The notes beneath the pieces are model-generated. The model was not told where the DNA came from and did not search any database. It was given only the letters and a program-made list of their open reading frames with translations. Source: Acidobacteriota bacterium (GTDB lineage Bacteria; Acidobacteriota; UBA890; WLXD01). Taken from it: a stretch of DNA of 64,000 nt. A program made the position numbers and the translations under genes. Location of the stretch: positions 1 through 64,000 of the forward strand of contig CBDFKD010000002.1 in NCBI GenBank assembly GCA_965248695.1. Reading direction: 5' to 3'. This document shows, piece by piece, positions 1-9,900 of the stretch. The stretch's first letter is position 1, and each line of letters starts with the position of its first letter.

Positions 1-132
1 ACTCTGGCACTGTGGGCACCGTACCTTCTGGATGCACGGTTGCTGCTGAAACTGGCTCCGCATCGGCTCCGGTAGCTGCCAATACAGCCGCTCCAGAGCC
101 TCGTAGTCCAGCTGCGCGACCCCCTCATGCAT
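1..132 (-). CDS. Phage hypothetical protein, 5' part only (MHEGVAQLDYEALERLYWQ...KVRCPQCQS)
   Basis: ATG at 132 overlaps the end of the 125..553 gene; open to the window edge; CxxC motif. Confidence 0.55.
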   Translation of the reverse strand, partial: MHEGVAQLDYEALERLYWQLPEPMRSQFQQQPCIQKVRCPQCQS

Positions 133-553
133 CCGCCTGCCCCATCAACTGCAACACTCGTGAGGCGGGCACCAACGCATCGGGGTTTTCTGCCAGCCAC
201 GCGAGCGCATCCTCGCGCCGGCGCTCCTCGGCCGGCTTGGAGGCCCGCTCCGAAGCCTCCCGCTCCGAGGCACTCTTGTCCACCAGCTGCCCCTCCAGCA
301 CCTTGTGCGCTGTCATCTTCGGGTGCACTGCGGAGTCGATCACAACCACCGAGTAGCCGGAGCGCAGGGCGCCGGAGCCCGTCCACACGTCCGTGGCCAC
401 AACCTCGTCGATGCCGTAGCGCACGGCCTTCGGATCGTTGGGCGCGACGTAGTCCAGGGGCTGCCCTTCATAGGAGCCATCCGGCTGTTTCGGTGCGCGC
501 CTTGAGGCCAGGATCTCTCCGTCCTCATCCCGCACCAGGAGCTTGTAGTTCAT
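125..553 (-). CDS. Phage hypothetical protein
   Basis: 142-aa ORF coupled by ATGA overlap to the upstream tail gene. Confidence 0.7.
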   Translation of the reverse strand: MNYKLLVRDEDGEILASRRAPKQPDGSYEGQPLDYVAPNDPKAVRYGIDEVVATDVWTGSGALRSGYSVVVIDSAVHPKMTAHKVLEGQLVDKSASEREASERASKPAEERRREDALAWLAENPDALVPASRVLQLMGQADA

Positions 554-1799
554 GCCGCCGCCTTTCGGAGCCCGTACAAACGTGCTGTGCCTGCATCCAG
601 GTTGCCCGTGGTGGCCTTGATGTCAATCTGCGTGATCGAGGTGGCGGTGCCCAGATCCACCCAGCCGCTGCCGCCGAGCGAGGACCAGAGCCTGCCGTCA
701 GCGTCCACATAGGAGCCTTGGTAAAACACCAGAAACTCGTTGGCGTGGTGGTCGTTGTCGATCCAGACCGAAAAGAACGCCCCCTCATCGGCGGCATTGC
801 CCAGCCTCCTGGCCCCGACGCTATTGGACAGCAGCTTGATCGAGCCGGCGTTGCCGGCGCCGAAGGATTGCTCGATGGTCGTCTCGCTGACGATCTCGTC
901 CGCATAGTGGTAGCCCGCGGTGGTGGCATTGAGCTGCATCTCTACTTCATCCTGATCGGTATCGGACTCCAGACCCGTAACCACCAGCCACAGCGCGTCG
1001 TAGTCGGTGGTGGTGAGGGAGCTCATCGAGATCGTTCCGCTGGCTGGCGTCGCCGCGGCGATCAAGGCCATTGCGGAGACCGGCGTGCTGGTCCGCGCTA
1101 GCGTCCTCCCAGTTGGTCCCGTCGCACGCGAGGACAACGGCCTGATCCTCGTAGTTCACCACGAACGTGGTGGCCCCATCGATGGTCTCTGAGGCATTGC
1201 CATCGATCGTCACCGCGTTGGCGGAGGAGTCGATCTTCTTGATGTACAGGTACACCCCGGCGTTGCTCGAAGCGGCTGGCAGCGTGAGGGTGAAAGCTGC
1301 CGAAGAAGCATCGCACAAGATCACCTGGTCTACGGTGGCCGAGGCCGTATAGGCGCTGGTCTTGGAGGACCACGTTCAGCAGACTGTTGGCGGTGTGCGA
1401 TAGCGTCTCCCAGTTGGAGCCATCGCAAACGATCAGTACCGCTTGATCCTCCATCTCCGACACGTAGGTCGTGGCCCCATCGATGGTCTCTGAGCCGTTG
1501 GCATCAATGGTGATGGCGTTGGCGGAGGAGTCGATCTTCTTGATCAGGTAGTACAGCCCAGCGTTGCCCGAGGCTGCCGGCAGCGTGAGAGTGAAGGCAC
1601 CCGAGGAGGCATCGCACAGCAGTACCGTGTCGGCGGTGGTGGCGGTGTAGGCAGCCGTCTTGGAGGCGATGTTGAAGAGCGTGCCGACATCGTCGATGCT
1701 GTCGAACAGATGGTTCAGGTTGTCACGCATATGCGTGTTCAGCTCCGCCGCCGTCAGCACGGCACCGGCCACAAATGTCTTGGGAGTCGTCCAGGCCAT
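550..1799 (-). pseudogene. Tail fibre/minor tail protein with two tandem ~95-aa repeats, split by two single-base insertions (~1367 and ~1105)
   Basis: MAWTTPKTFVAGAVLTAAELN start; repeat SKTAAYTA..LLCDASSGAFTLTLPAAS..IKKIDSSANA..IDGATT..CDGSNWETL recurs in another frame; removing 2 nt gives one 415-aa ORF. Could be sequencing error. Confidence 0.75.
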
Positions 1800-2195
1800 C
1801 TACCTGATCCCCCGGCTGCGGTTGTCCCGACGCAGCTGCCGTACCGTCTCGCCCGGCTCCCAGTTGCGGTTGTCCATCCGGGGACGCTTCAGCAGCTGTC
1901 GCTCGATCTGGTCACGGTGCCGAGGGAACCGGACTGACGAGTACACCGCCCCGCACCCGAAGCAGGCTGCCTTGTCAAACTCCGGCTCCACCGCCACGCC
2001 CCCGCCGCACGGGCAGTCCGCCACCCAGCGGCCGTGGTTGCAGTACGCCACAATCTCCTCGCCCTCCGGGTGCACCTGGATGCGCGCTCCCAGACGCTGT
2101 GACTTGGCGACCTGTTGGTCGAGCTTGGCAAGCAACCTGGTCTCGTCAACGACCAAGTGCTGGTCCCGAATGCCCAGTATGTAGCGGTGCATCAT
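1800..2195 (-). CDS. Cys-rich phage protein, putative Zn-binding (CNHGRWVADCPC...CFGC)
   Basis: 131-aa ORF abutting both neighbours. Confidence 0.75.
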   Translation of the reverse strand: MMHRYILGIRDQHLVVDETRLLAKLDQQVAKSQRLGARIQVHPEGEEIVAYCNHGRWVADCPCGGGVAVEPEFDKAACFGCGAVYSSVRFPRHRDQIERQLLKRPRMDNRNWEPGETVRQLRRDNRSRGIR

Positions 2196-3742
2196 CAGTA
2201 CCCCAGTGCGTTGGCGTCCAGGATCCCGGCCACCGGATCATCCAGAATGAACACGGCGGTCGTATCAGCCGGGGCCACAATCCACTCCAAGCTCACCGTC
2301 TTGTTGAGCACCCGACCGCGGACGCCGTTGATGAACACCTCCGCGCCATCCACCCCGGGACTGCGCCTCGGTCACCTTGATGCGCGAGCCAATATCCACC
2401 GGCAGACAGGACACCAACAGAGCAGGCCTCTCGGTCATTGGTGACACTTCGGTCGGCGTGTTGAGGATCCCGTCATAGACGTTGGCGGTGAAGTTCGCTA
2501 CGTCTTGCGCCACCAGAACGTTGTCCTGGTAGGGCATGTCGATGCGCAACCACCGCTCTCCGTAGTCGGTGATGCTGTCGGTGGAGCCTTTGCCGCGCTG
2601 CGATACGGGCGAGTACCGATACAGCGGCTTGCCCCGTATCTGCATGCCTGGGCTGGTGCCGGGGCCTCGCAGGTAGCCTGTTTTGTCGGCGTTATTGGTG
2701 GCCACGATCTTGCACCCGGAGCCCTCAAACTCCGTGTCGGATAGGTCAAACTGGGAGGTGATGAGACTCCCCCCACCGTTGGCGGCGTCACGGGCCGTGT
2801 AATCAGTACCCGATACCGGTGCGACCATGTTGGCGCCACCTATACGGGCGTCCTTGTTGTTCGGATCGGTGTAGGCGACGAACAGTTCAACGGTCTGTCC
2901 AGATCGGAGTTCGATCTCTTCATCCAGGCTCACGAGCACGATGATGGTGCTGCCCTTGTTGCGCGGGTGGGCCGTCGCTTCGACGTGGTTGTAGATCCGA
3001 TCCATGGCCGAAGGCACGCGGATGTCGCGCACCTGCGAGGCGGTGAGCGTCAAATCCAGGCTCTTGTGGCGCGCGCGTGACGGTTTTCGAACCGCAGCGT
3101 CTCGCCATCGGTCGTGTTACCCCGCACATACAGGTAGCCCCGTTCGCTCATGCAGATGGCGTGCGCCAGCGACATCGGGCTGGGATCTTTGTCCCCGAGA
3201 TCGTCAAAGGCGAACGTGTAGGTGTCGATGCCCACATCGAGGCTCTTGCTGGTCGGCGCCATGGCCACTAGCGCCACGAGGTCATCGATTAACTGATCGG
3301 AGCGAACGTTTTCCCGTAGGCTCAGGCGCACGTCCTTCAGATCCGCCAGGTCCTCCAGCCAGTCACAGGCGATGCAGTGTGTTTCGTGCACCGTGTAGGC
3401 GCCCGGTATCGGGTTGGCCTCCTTGAGCTTGCCGGCGAACACGGTGCGGCTGACGTTGTTGCCGGCGGAGTCGTTGCCTGCATCGATCGTCAGCCGTACA
3501 CGCATACCGTGCTTGAACCCGGTCCGCACGCTGGCGTGCCCGGGTGAGTAGTAGCCGGCAACACCGCCGGAGTTGTTGCCGTTGTTCATCACCCAGTTCA
3601 TGCGACCCGGCTGCCCGATCAGATCTTGCGGCCCGGAGCCGGGAATGCCGCGCTGCCAGCTGATCGGGTGGGCAGCGAGCACGTCGACGCTCACGTCCCT
3701 CCAGGATCCTGACAGGTAAAACTCCATCGCCACCTCCGCCAT
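2195..3742 (-). pseudogene. Distal tail/baseplate-hub-like protein split by a 1-nt deletion (~3066) and a 1-nt insertion (~2357)
   Basis: Joining ORFs 3050..3742, 2265..3053 and the frame ending ..FILDDPVAGILDANALGY gives ~515 aa whose TGA (2195-2197) overlaps the next ATG; follows the tape measure. Confidence 0.7.
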
Positions 3743-6700
3743 CAGCTGCTCGTCTGCTTCCCGTGCCGGGCAGCGGTGCGCAGCGCGTCCGGCAAGTAGG
3801 TGCGCTGGTCCTGCCGGAGCGCACGGAGCTCATGGAGCAGTTCGCGCAATAACGTCTCGTCGGGGCGCCTGGATGGTGCGGGGGCCGATGCAGCCGCGAC
3901 CGGTGCGGGAATCGAATCCCTTGGCCCCGTGCCCACCGACACGGACACCGACGAGGGAATCGCGGAAACCGCTGATTCCGTACGGTTCATCGACCGGGCA
4001 ATCGTGTCCGAGGCGAGGCTCCAGGTGTGCGCGGCACGCATGGCCGCTTCGACCTGACTACCACCGAGCACCTCGGCCGCTTCGATGCCGCGTCGTGAGA
4101 TATCCAGAATCGAAGAGTTACCGACGGTGGCTCGCTGCGTCGCTTCCCACTCGGCCGCAGAGTCCTTTGCCGCCCCCACGAACGCGTCCCCCAGCCGCTT
4201 CGCCTCAATCTCACCGACCTGTCCGATGCGGCGCAGCGCCGGGATGACCCGGTCGATGAATGCGATGCGCATCTCGCGCGCCGACCGCTTCGCCTCGCGC
4301 TCGGCCGCCTCGCCCACCTTGACGTTTTCCTCCTCGCCGGTCGTTCCGGCGTGGCCGAAGATGTCTTCGACGGTGCGCATGTCCGAGCCCCACAGCTGCC
4401 GCACCTGTGCCGCGCTCAGCCCGGCGGCCATGGCGATTTGTTTGAACTGGGCGCGGCCAACTTCACCACCCTCCTCGAACACGCGCCGCAGATCCGGCGA
4501 CAGCTGTCTCCATACCCCGCGCGTCTCTCGCGCTGCCCAGCCGGCATCCGCGGCCATCTCCATGAAGGCGCGCTTGAAGGGGCTCTTGATCCGGTTCTCA
4601 GCCTCTTGCGCCGCATCTGCTGCCTGCTTGATCGCTGCCGGTACCTGCACACCGAGCGACTCAGCCAACAGGATGATCACCGAGCGGATGTCGCCGAAGA
4701 TATCCTCGACCGGCTCGATCGCTGGCGGAAGCAGACCCGACGCATCAGCCTGATCGATCAGCGCCCGGGTGTTGCGGTCGATCTTGAAACCGTATTGCTC
4801 GGACAGGTCAATCAGCTGCCGCAGCTGCGGCCCAAGCAGCGCCATCGCTTGCTCCGAGCCCGCACCGCCTTCGATGAGCTTGGCGTAGGCGCGGTCGATC
4901 TTGTCGCCAAAGAAATCCAGCTGGCCGGCACTGAGCAGCCCCATCTGCCCCAGAGCCCCGATGGAGCCCCCAATCGCATCGACCTTCTCGATTGCCTTGG
5001 CTGCCGTGCCCTGCATGGCAGAAAACAGCGAGTCCACCTCGGCGAGCACCGGAGGCATCTTGCCCTGGAAGTTGTCGGCCAGCTGGGTGATCTGATCTCC
5101 CATGGCCTCGAAGATCTCTGTGAGCGGCACGCCAGCGGCACGCATCTGCTCGAAGGTGACCAGCAGGGCCGAGGCGGCAAACTCCGCCTCCCGCTTCGTG
5201 AGCCGTAGCTGCTCGATGGTCTGGGTAGAGCCGTCCTCGGTCAGCACCTCGACTTCTCGCCGTACGGTGGCAAACAGCGCCTCCACCCCAGCGACGACTT
5301 CCTGGGAGGCTCCCAGTACCAGGTCCTTGTACTGGCCCATAACGTCCGTCAGCAGACCTTCAAGGCTGGACAGATCAACGCCCGCCGCGATCGCATCCTG
5401 GATAGCATCGCTCATGGCGCTGAAGTCACCCGCACCGAAGGCGGCTTCGATGGCGGCGACGGCCGCCTCCGCACTCGTGGCAACGCCGTCGATGGACACG
5501 CCCATGGTGTTGAGCCAGTCCACCAGATCTTGGGCGCCTTCGACACCGGAGCCAAACAGCGCCTCCATCACCGGCTGCAACTGTGTGGCGAGCGTGTCCA
5601 GGTCAACGCCCCGAGATATCAGATCCGATATCTGCGCCTGCAGGCCCATCGCCGAAGCACCCGTCGCCTCCATCGCGGGCACCAGGGCCAGCCAGGAGTC
5701 CGACATCGACTCGACGGCCTGCTGCAGGCTGAGGAACCCTTCGTCCACGGACGAGAGGATCTGATGGGTCAGGGTGACCCACTTGGATAGCTCCGCCTCC
5801 GTGGTGATCGAGGCCTCTTGGATCGCCTGCGCCATCATCGAGCGGAAGGCCGCATCGAGGTTGCCTTGGAACTGACTGGCGGCAAGGTCGTCAATGGCCT
5901 TGGCGAGCCCATCGGACAGGGCGATGCCAAACTGCTCGGCTACGTGATCGGCCGCATTGGCCTTGCCAAACAGGCCCTTGATCGCCCCTGCAAGGGCGGC
6001 TATCGCCGAAAGTCCCACGGCCGCCCACTGCTGAAACGTGACCGGTACCCCCTTGGCGGCGTCCAGGAAGTTCTGGACGCTCCCGATCATGGCGTTGATG
6101 CCGGCCGTCACGGCCGCCGGGATCTGCACACCGAAGGCGTTGGAGAATACGTCCACGACTTGGCGGCCCCAATTCACGACGGCTTCGCCGATCTTGCCGA
6201 AAAACGACAGATCTGGTGGCGTCTCGATCTGTCCACGAAGCCGTTTAAATGCCGCTTCGAGCTCCGGCGTTAGCAGGCCCAGCTGTTGGAACGTCCGGTA
6301 CAGATCGTCGTAGATACGCTTCAGATCCGATGGGGCGAAGCCCCCGGCCGCAACAACGCTTTCTAGATCAACGAAGCTCTGGTTCAGCTCGTCGATGTTG
6401 ATTGCCTTAAGCCCAAGCCTCTCGGCCGCTTGGGTGACAGCATCGATTCCGGGCTCGATCTGTCCACGGAGCCGTTCAAAAGCAGCGGCCTGCTCATCGG
6501 TCAATGGCCCCAGCTGTTGGAACGTCCGGTACAGCTCGTCATAGATGCGCTTCAGATCCGATGGGGCGACGTTGCTCTGTTGTACGGCGAGCTGAAGATC
6601 TGCAAACCGCTGCGTAAGTACATCGACATTGACGGATTGGAGCCCAAGGTTCTCCAGCGCCTTTTCGAGCACGTTCAGAGGGGCCACCCTGGTGGGTGTT

Positions 6701-9543
6701 GGAAGCGCCGACTCGATCAGCTCGATGTTAGCGACCGCCTCTTTGGCCGCTTCCGTTGCTCGTAACAACGGCGGCTTTATCGCATCGAGTGCCGCGATCG
6801 TGTCCGAGGTCTCAAGGCCCAACTCGCGGATCCGATCTTGTAGCTCCAACCACGCCTTAGAAAGTTGCTCTACCGGCACCCTCCCGTCCGCGGTGGCGTC
6901 TCGCAGCTTATCGATTTCCTTGTCTATGTCTTCAGCGAGTGTGAAGCCGCTCAGCGCCTCGGCGAGAGCCTCAGCATCCTTCTTCGCGTCGATTAGCGGG
7001 GGCTTCAAAAGATCCAGAGCGGCCACTAGCTCCGGCGTCTCCAGCCCCGCGTTGCGAAGCTGATCACGCAACGACACCCATTGGGCGGCAAGCTGCTCGG
7101 CGGGTACCTCGCCGAGCTCGGTGGCGGTCCGCAGCTTGTCGATCTCCTTGGCCGCGTCTTCGGCCGTGAAGAAACCCTGCAGCGCCTCGGCGAGAGCCTT
7201 GGCTTCCTCTTCAGCATCAACCAGCGGGGGCTTCAAAAGATCCAGAGCGGCCACTAGCTCCGGCGTCTCCAGCCCCGCGTTGCGAAGCTGATCACGCAAC
7301 GACACCCATTGGGCGGCAAGCTGCTCGGCGGGTACCTCGCTGATCTCGGTGGCGATCCGCAGCTTATCGATCTCCTTGGATACGTCGGCTGCGGTGACGA
7401 AGCCCTTCAGCACTTCAGCGGCTTCCTCGGCCGTTGGAATCAACCTGCCGGTAGCGGCGTTAACTCTCCGCAGCACGCCCTCGACTTCTTTGTAGCGGAA
7501 GTCGACCTTCTCACCGGCCTGGGCCATCGCTTCGAGCTGCTGATTCGCCTGCATAACCGCATCCCTGAGCTTCCCGGTCACGTTCTTGACCTGGACCATC
7601 TGACCGTCGAGCTCCTCGTAGCGGAAGCCGACCTCGCGGCCCAGGGCGCTCATTTCAACCAACTTGTCGTTAGCGATCTGGATCTGCTTGGACACCGGCG
7701 TCATTTTGGCGGCGAAGCGGGTGGCCGCCTGGTCCAGAGACGCGTAGGCTTCCTTGGCCTCCTTCGACCACGTCACGTTTTCCTTGAGCCACTTCCATGC
7801 GTTTCTCATTGGGGTGATCGTTGCGTTGATCGCCTGGCGCCATTTGTCTAATTCGTTTTCGATTGAGGCTTTGATCACTTTGCGAAGCGGCTCGAATTTC
7901 GCCACCAAAAGGCCGATGGTCACGATCCAGCCCAACGGTCCGGTTAAAAACTTCAACCCTGCTCGCAGCGCTACTACCAGGCCCTTACCCAGCAGCGGGG
8001 TGATCTTCAGAATGCTCTTGCCCATCGACCCGAGCACCCCACTGAACCGCGAGAGCCGACCCGGAGCGGTAATGAAAGCAGTATCGAACTTCTTCACACC
8101 GGCGGTGAACTGCCCCATCGCGTTGCGACCCTGCAACGTCTTGGTCATCACGTCCGGCAGCAGACGAACGAGAGGACCCAGACGGGAAGCGCTGACGGTG
8201 AGTACAGCGTTGTTGGCCGCATGAGCTGCGGTGTTGGCGACCACCGACGCCGTCATACGGCCAAACGCCCCCGTCACCGTGCCCGCGGCCGTTACTAGCG
8301 ATCCCATAACGATCAGCACCGGCCCCGCCGCCGCCGCCAGCCCCGCTAACATCACCGCCGCCGTCTGCACCGGTACCGGCAGCTTGCCGAACCACTCCGC
8401 GCCCCGGAGCACCATGTCCAACAACGGCCGCAAACTCTCCCCGGCGCGCATCACGATCGGCAACAGCACGTCACCGAGATTCTGGGCCGCCACGATCACC
8501 TGCTGCTTCAGCTGCTCCCAGGCGAACCCGGCGGCATTGAGCCCCTTGGTTTGTTCATCGAAGGCCTCATCAGTGGCGTTCAGCGAGTCGCGCATCTCCA
8601 GGAGCTTTTCGTCGAACGCCCCGGACTGCGCCCCGGCGATGGAGGCGATACCGGCCCACGACTCGGTCGCATCCCACAGCTTGATCAGCTCGTTGGTGTT
8701 GCCGCCCGTCTGCTGCAGCAACGCATCGAGCGTGCCCTTGTAGCCAAGCGTTTCAAGCGCCGCCTCACCGGTGTTAAAGCCCATCTGCGCCAACGTGGCC
8801 GACATCGCGTCGCTCGGTTTCTGCAACCCCACGAGCGAGGCACGCAACGCAGTGGACACCTCCGACGCCTGGCCGATCACGCCCGTGTTGGTGGCAAACA
8901 CGGCGTTCAGTTCCTCTTGGGAGATCTTCAGTTGCGCCGTAATGGGCGCCACCTTGCCGATAGCCGCGGCCAGCTCCGGGAAGGTCGTTTGACCGAGCCG
9001 TACCGTGGTGAAGGCCAAGTCGGAGGCCTTCGACACCGCCTCCGCGCTCGTGTCGCCGTAGGCTTTGGTTACCGCGCTCGTTAAGTTGATCGCCTCGGTC
9101 GTCGTGGCCATGCCAGCGGCAGCGGCCTTTGCGTTGATCTCCAAGATTCGGGCCGTGTCGGACGTGTCACCGAACGCACTCACCGTTTGGTACAGACCTG
9201 CGGTGAGGTCCGCCGTGCTCGTGCCCGTGGCGATCGCCATGTCCTGCACCGAGCGCTTCAGCTCGTTGACACGCTCGGTGTTGCCGGGGATCAGCGTGGC
9301 GACGTTGGCCATGCCCTTGTTGAAGTCGATCGCCGCCTTAATCGCCGCGATGCCCACCCCAGCAATCGGCAACGTCAGGCCGGCCGTGAGCTTCACCCCG
9401 GCGCTCTGCATCTGGGAACCGACCTGCTTGAACTTGTCTCCGGTCATCTCCAGCTTCTGCGCCGCGATCGCAAGCGGCTTGGAGAAGTCGTCCATCAGGA
9501 CGATCTTGCCGAGCACCTGGCCGATGCTGACACCCGCCGGCAT
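3742..9543 (-). CDS. Phage tail tape measure protein
   Basis: 1933 aa, Ala-rich and helical; TP901-type N-terminal core (FNKGMANVATL..GQTTFPELAAAIGKVAP); follows the tail chaperones. Confidence 0.95.
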   Translation of the reverse strand: MPAGVSIGQVLGKIVLMDDFSKPLAIAAQKLEMTGDKFKQVGSQMQSAGVKLTAGLTLPIAGVGIAAIKAAIDFNKGMANVATLIPGNTERVNELKRSVQDMAIATGTSTADLTAGLYQTVSAFGDTSDTARILEINAKAAAAGMATTTEAINLTSAVTKAYGDTSAEAVSKASDLAFTTVRLGQTTFPELAAAIGKVAPITAQLKISQEELNAVFATNTGVIGQASEVSTALRASLVGLQKPSDAMSATLAQMGFNTGEAALETLGYKGTLDALLQQTGGNTNELIKLWDATESWAGIASIAGAQSGAFDEKLLEMRDSLNATDEAFDEQTKGLNAAGFAWEQLKQQVIVAAQNLGDVLLPIVMRAGESLRPLLDMVLRGAEWFGKLPVPVQTAAVMLAGLAAAAGPVLIVMGSLVTAAGTVTGAFGRMTASVVANTAAHAANNAVLTVSASRLGPLVRLLPDVMTKTLQGRNAMGQFTAGVKKFDTAFITAPGRLSRFSGVLGSMGKSILKITPLLGKGLVVALRAGLKFLTGPLGWIVTIGLLVAKFEPLRKVIKASIENELDKWRQAINATITPMRNAWKWLKENVTWSKEAKEAYASLDQAATRFAAKMTPVSKQIQIANDKLVEMSALGREVGFRYEELDGQMVQVKNVTGKLRDAVMQANQQLEAMAQAGEKVDFRYKEVEGVLRRVNAATGRLIPTAEEAAEVLKGFVTAADVSKEIDKLRIATEISEVPAEQLAAQWVSLRDQLRNAGLETPELVAALDLLKPPLVDAEEEAKALAEALQGFFTAEDAAKEIDKLRTATELGEVPAEQLAAQWVSLRDQLRNAGLETPELVAALDLLKPPLIDAKKDAEALAEALSGFTLAEDIDKEIDKLRDATADGRVPVEQLSKAWLELQDRIRELGLETSDTIAALDAIKPPLLRATEAAKEAVANIELIESALPTPTRVAPLNVLEKALENLGLQSVNVDVLTQRFADLQLAVQQSNVAPSDLKRIYDELYRTFQQLGPLTDEQAAAFERLRGQIEPGIDAVTQAAERLGLKAINIDELNQSFVDLESVVAAGGFAPSDLKRIYDDLYRTFQQLGLLTPELEAAFKRLRGQIETPPDLSFFGKIGEAVVNWGRQVVDVFSNAFGVQIPAAVTAGINAMIGSVQNFLDAAKGVPVTFQQWAAVGLSAIAALAGAIKGLFGKANAADHVAEQFGIALSDGLAKAIDDLAASQFQGNLDAAFRSMMAQAIQEASITTEAELSKWVTLTHQILSSVDEGFLSLQQAVESMSDSWLALVPAMEATGASAMGLQAQISDLISRGVDLDTLATQLQPVMEALFGSGVEGAQDLVDWLNTMGVSIDGVATSAEAAVAAIEAAFGAGDFSAMSDAIQDAIAAGVDLSSLEGLLTDVMGQYKDLVLGASQEVVAGVEALFATVRREVEVLTEDGSTQTIEQLRLTKREAEFAASALLVTFEQMRAAGVPLTEIFEAMGDQITQLADNFQGKMPPVLAEVDSLFSAMQGTAAKAIEKVDAIGGSIGALGQMGLLSAGQLDFFGDKIDRAYAKLIEGGAGSEQAMALLGPQLRQLIDLSEQYGFKIDRNTRALIDQADASGLLPPAIEPVEDIFGDIRSVIILLAESLGVQVPAAIKQAADAAQEAENRIKSPFKRAFMEMAADAGWAARETRGVWRQLSPDLRRVFEEGGEVGRAQFKQIAMAAGLSAAQVRQLWGSDMRTVEDIFGHAGTTGEEENVKVGEAAEREAKRSAREMRIAFIDRVIPALRRIGQVGEIEAKRLGDAFVGAAKDSAAEWEATQRATVGNSSILDISRRGIEAAEVLGGSQVEAAMRAAHTWSLASDTIARSMNRTESAVSAIPSSVSVSVGTGPRDSIPAPVAAASAPAPSRRPDETLLRELLHELRALRQDQRTYLPDALRTAARHGKQTSS
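6223..6570. repeat. Internal tape-measure duplication, period 231 bp (77 aa)
   Basis: APSDLKRIYDxLYRTFQQLGxLTxExxAAFxRLRGQIE occurs twice (copies start at 6223 and 6454). Confidence 0.9.
6995..7340. repeat. Internal tape-measure duplication, period 228 bp (76 aa), with 118 bp identical
   Basis: 6995-7112 is identical to 7223-7340; a more diverged unit lies at ~6770-6990. Confidence 0.95.
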
Positions 9544-9900
9544 CTACTCAGTCTCCTTGCGGGCGCACAGGTGGCTTCGGATGCGCGCCTTGAGCACACG
9601 CCAATCCAGCCGCTTGCGCGGTTTGGCCGCTCCGTCCCAGCGGAGCAGGAAGTCCTCCAGCTTCAACGGGACGCGCTGGCGCTTGGGGTCGCGGTTGATC
9701 TCGGCCCGCATCCACAGATCGCGTGCAGCGTGCACGTCGATCCGCTCCTCGAGCGGAGGCTCCAGGGCCAGGAACGCCGCCCACATCCGAAACTGGGATG
9801 CCGGCATTCGAGCCCCGAGGCCCGGCACATCCCACTGACCGAAGTGCCAGGCAAGTCGATACAGCAGGCGAAGCGACGGGCTCCGCCTTAGTCTTCCCCC
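9544..9900 (-). CDS. Tail assembly chaperone T segment (C-terminal part of the GT fusion, reached by -1 frameshift)
   Basis: -1 frame reads GRLRRSPSLRLLYRLAWHFGQWDVPGLGARMPASQFRMWAAF.., typical of gpT; directly precedes the tape measure. Confidence 0.8.
   Translation of the reverse strand, partial: GGRLRRSPSLRLLYRLAWHFGQWDVPGLGARMPASQFRMWAAFLALEPPLEERIDVHAARDLWMRAEINRDPKRQRVPLKLEDFLLRWDGAAKPRKRLDWRVLKARIRSHLCARKETE

Noticed and set aside
550-1799. Diversity-generating retroelement TR/VR pair
   Set aside because: The repeats are protein modules with differences not limited to adenines, and no reverse transcriptase is in the window
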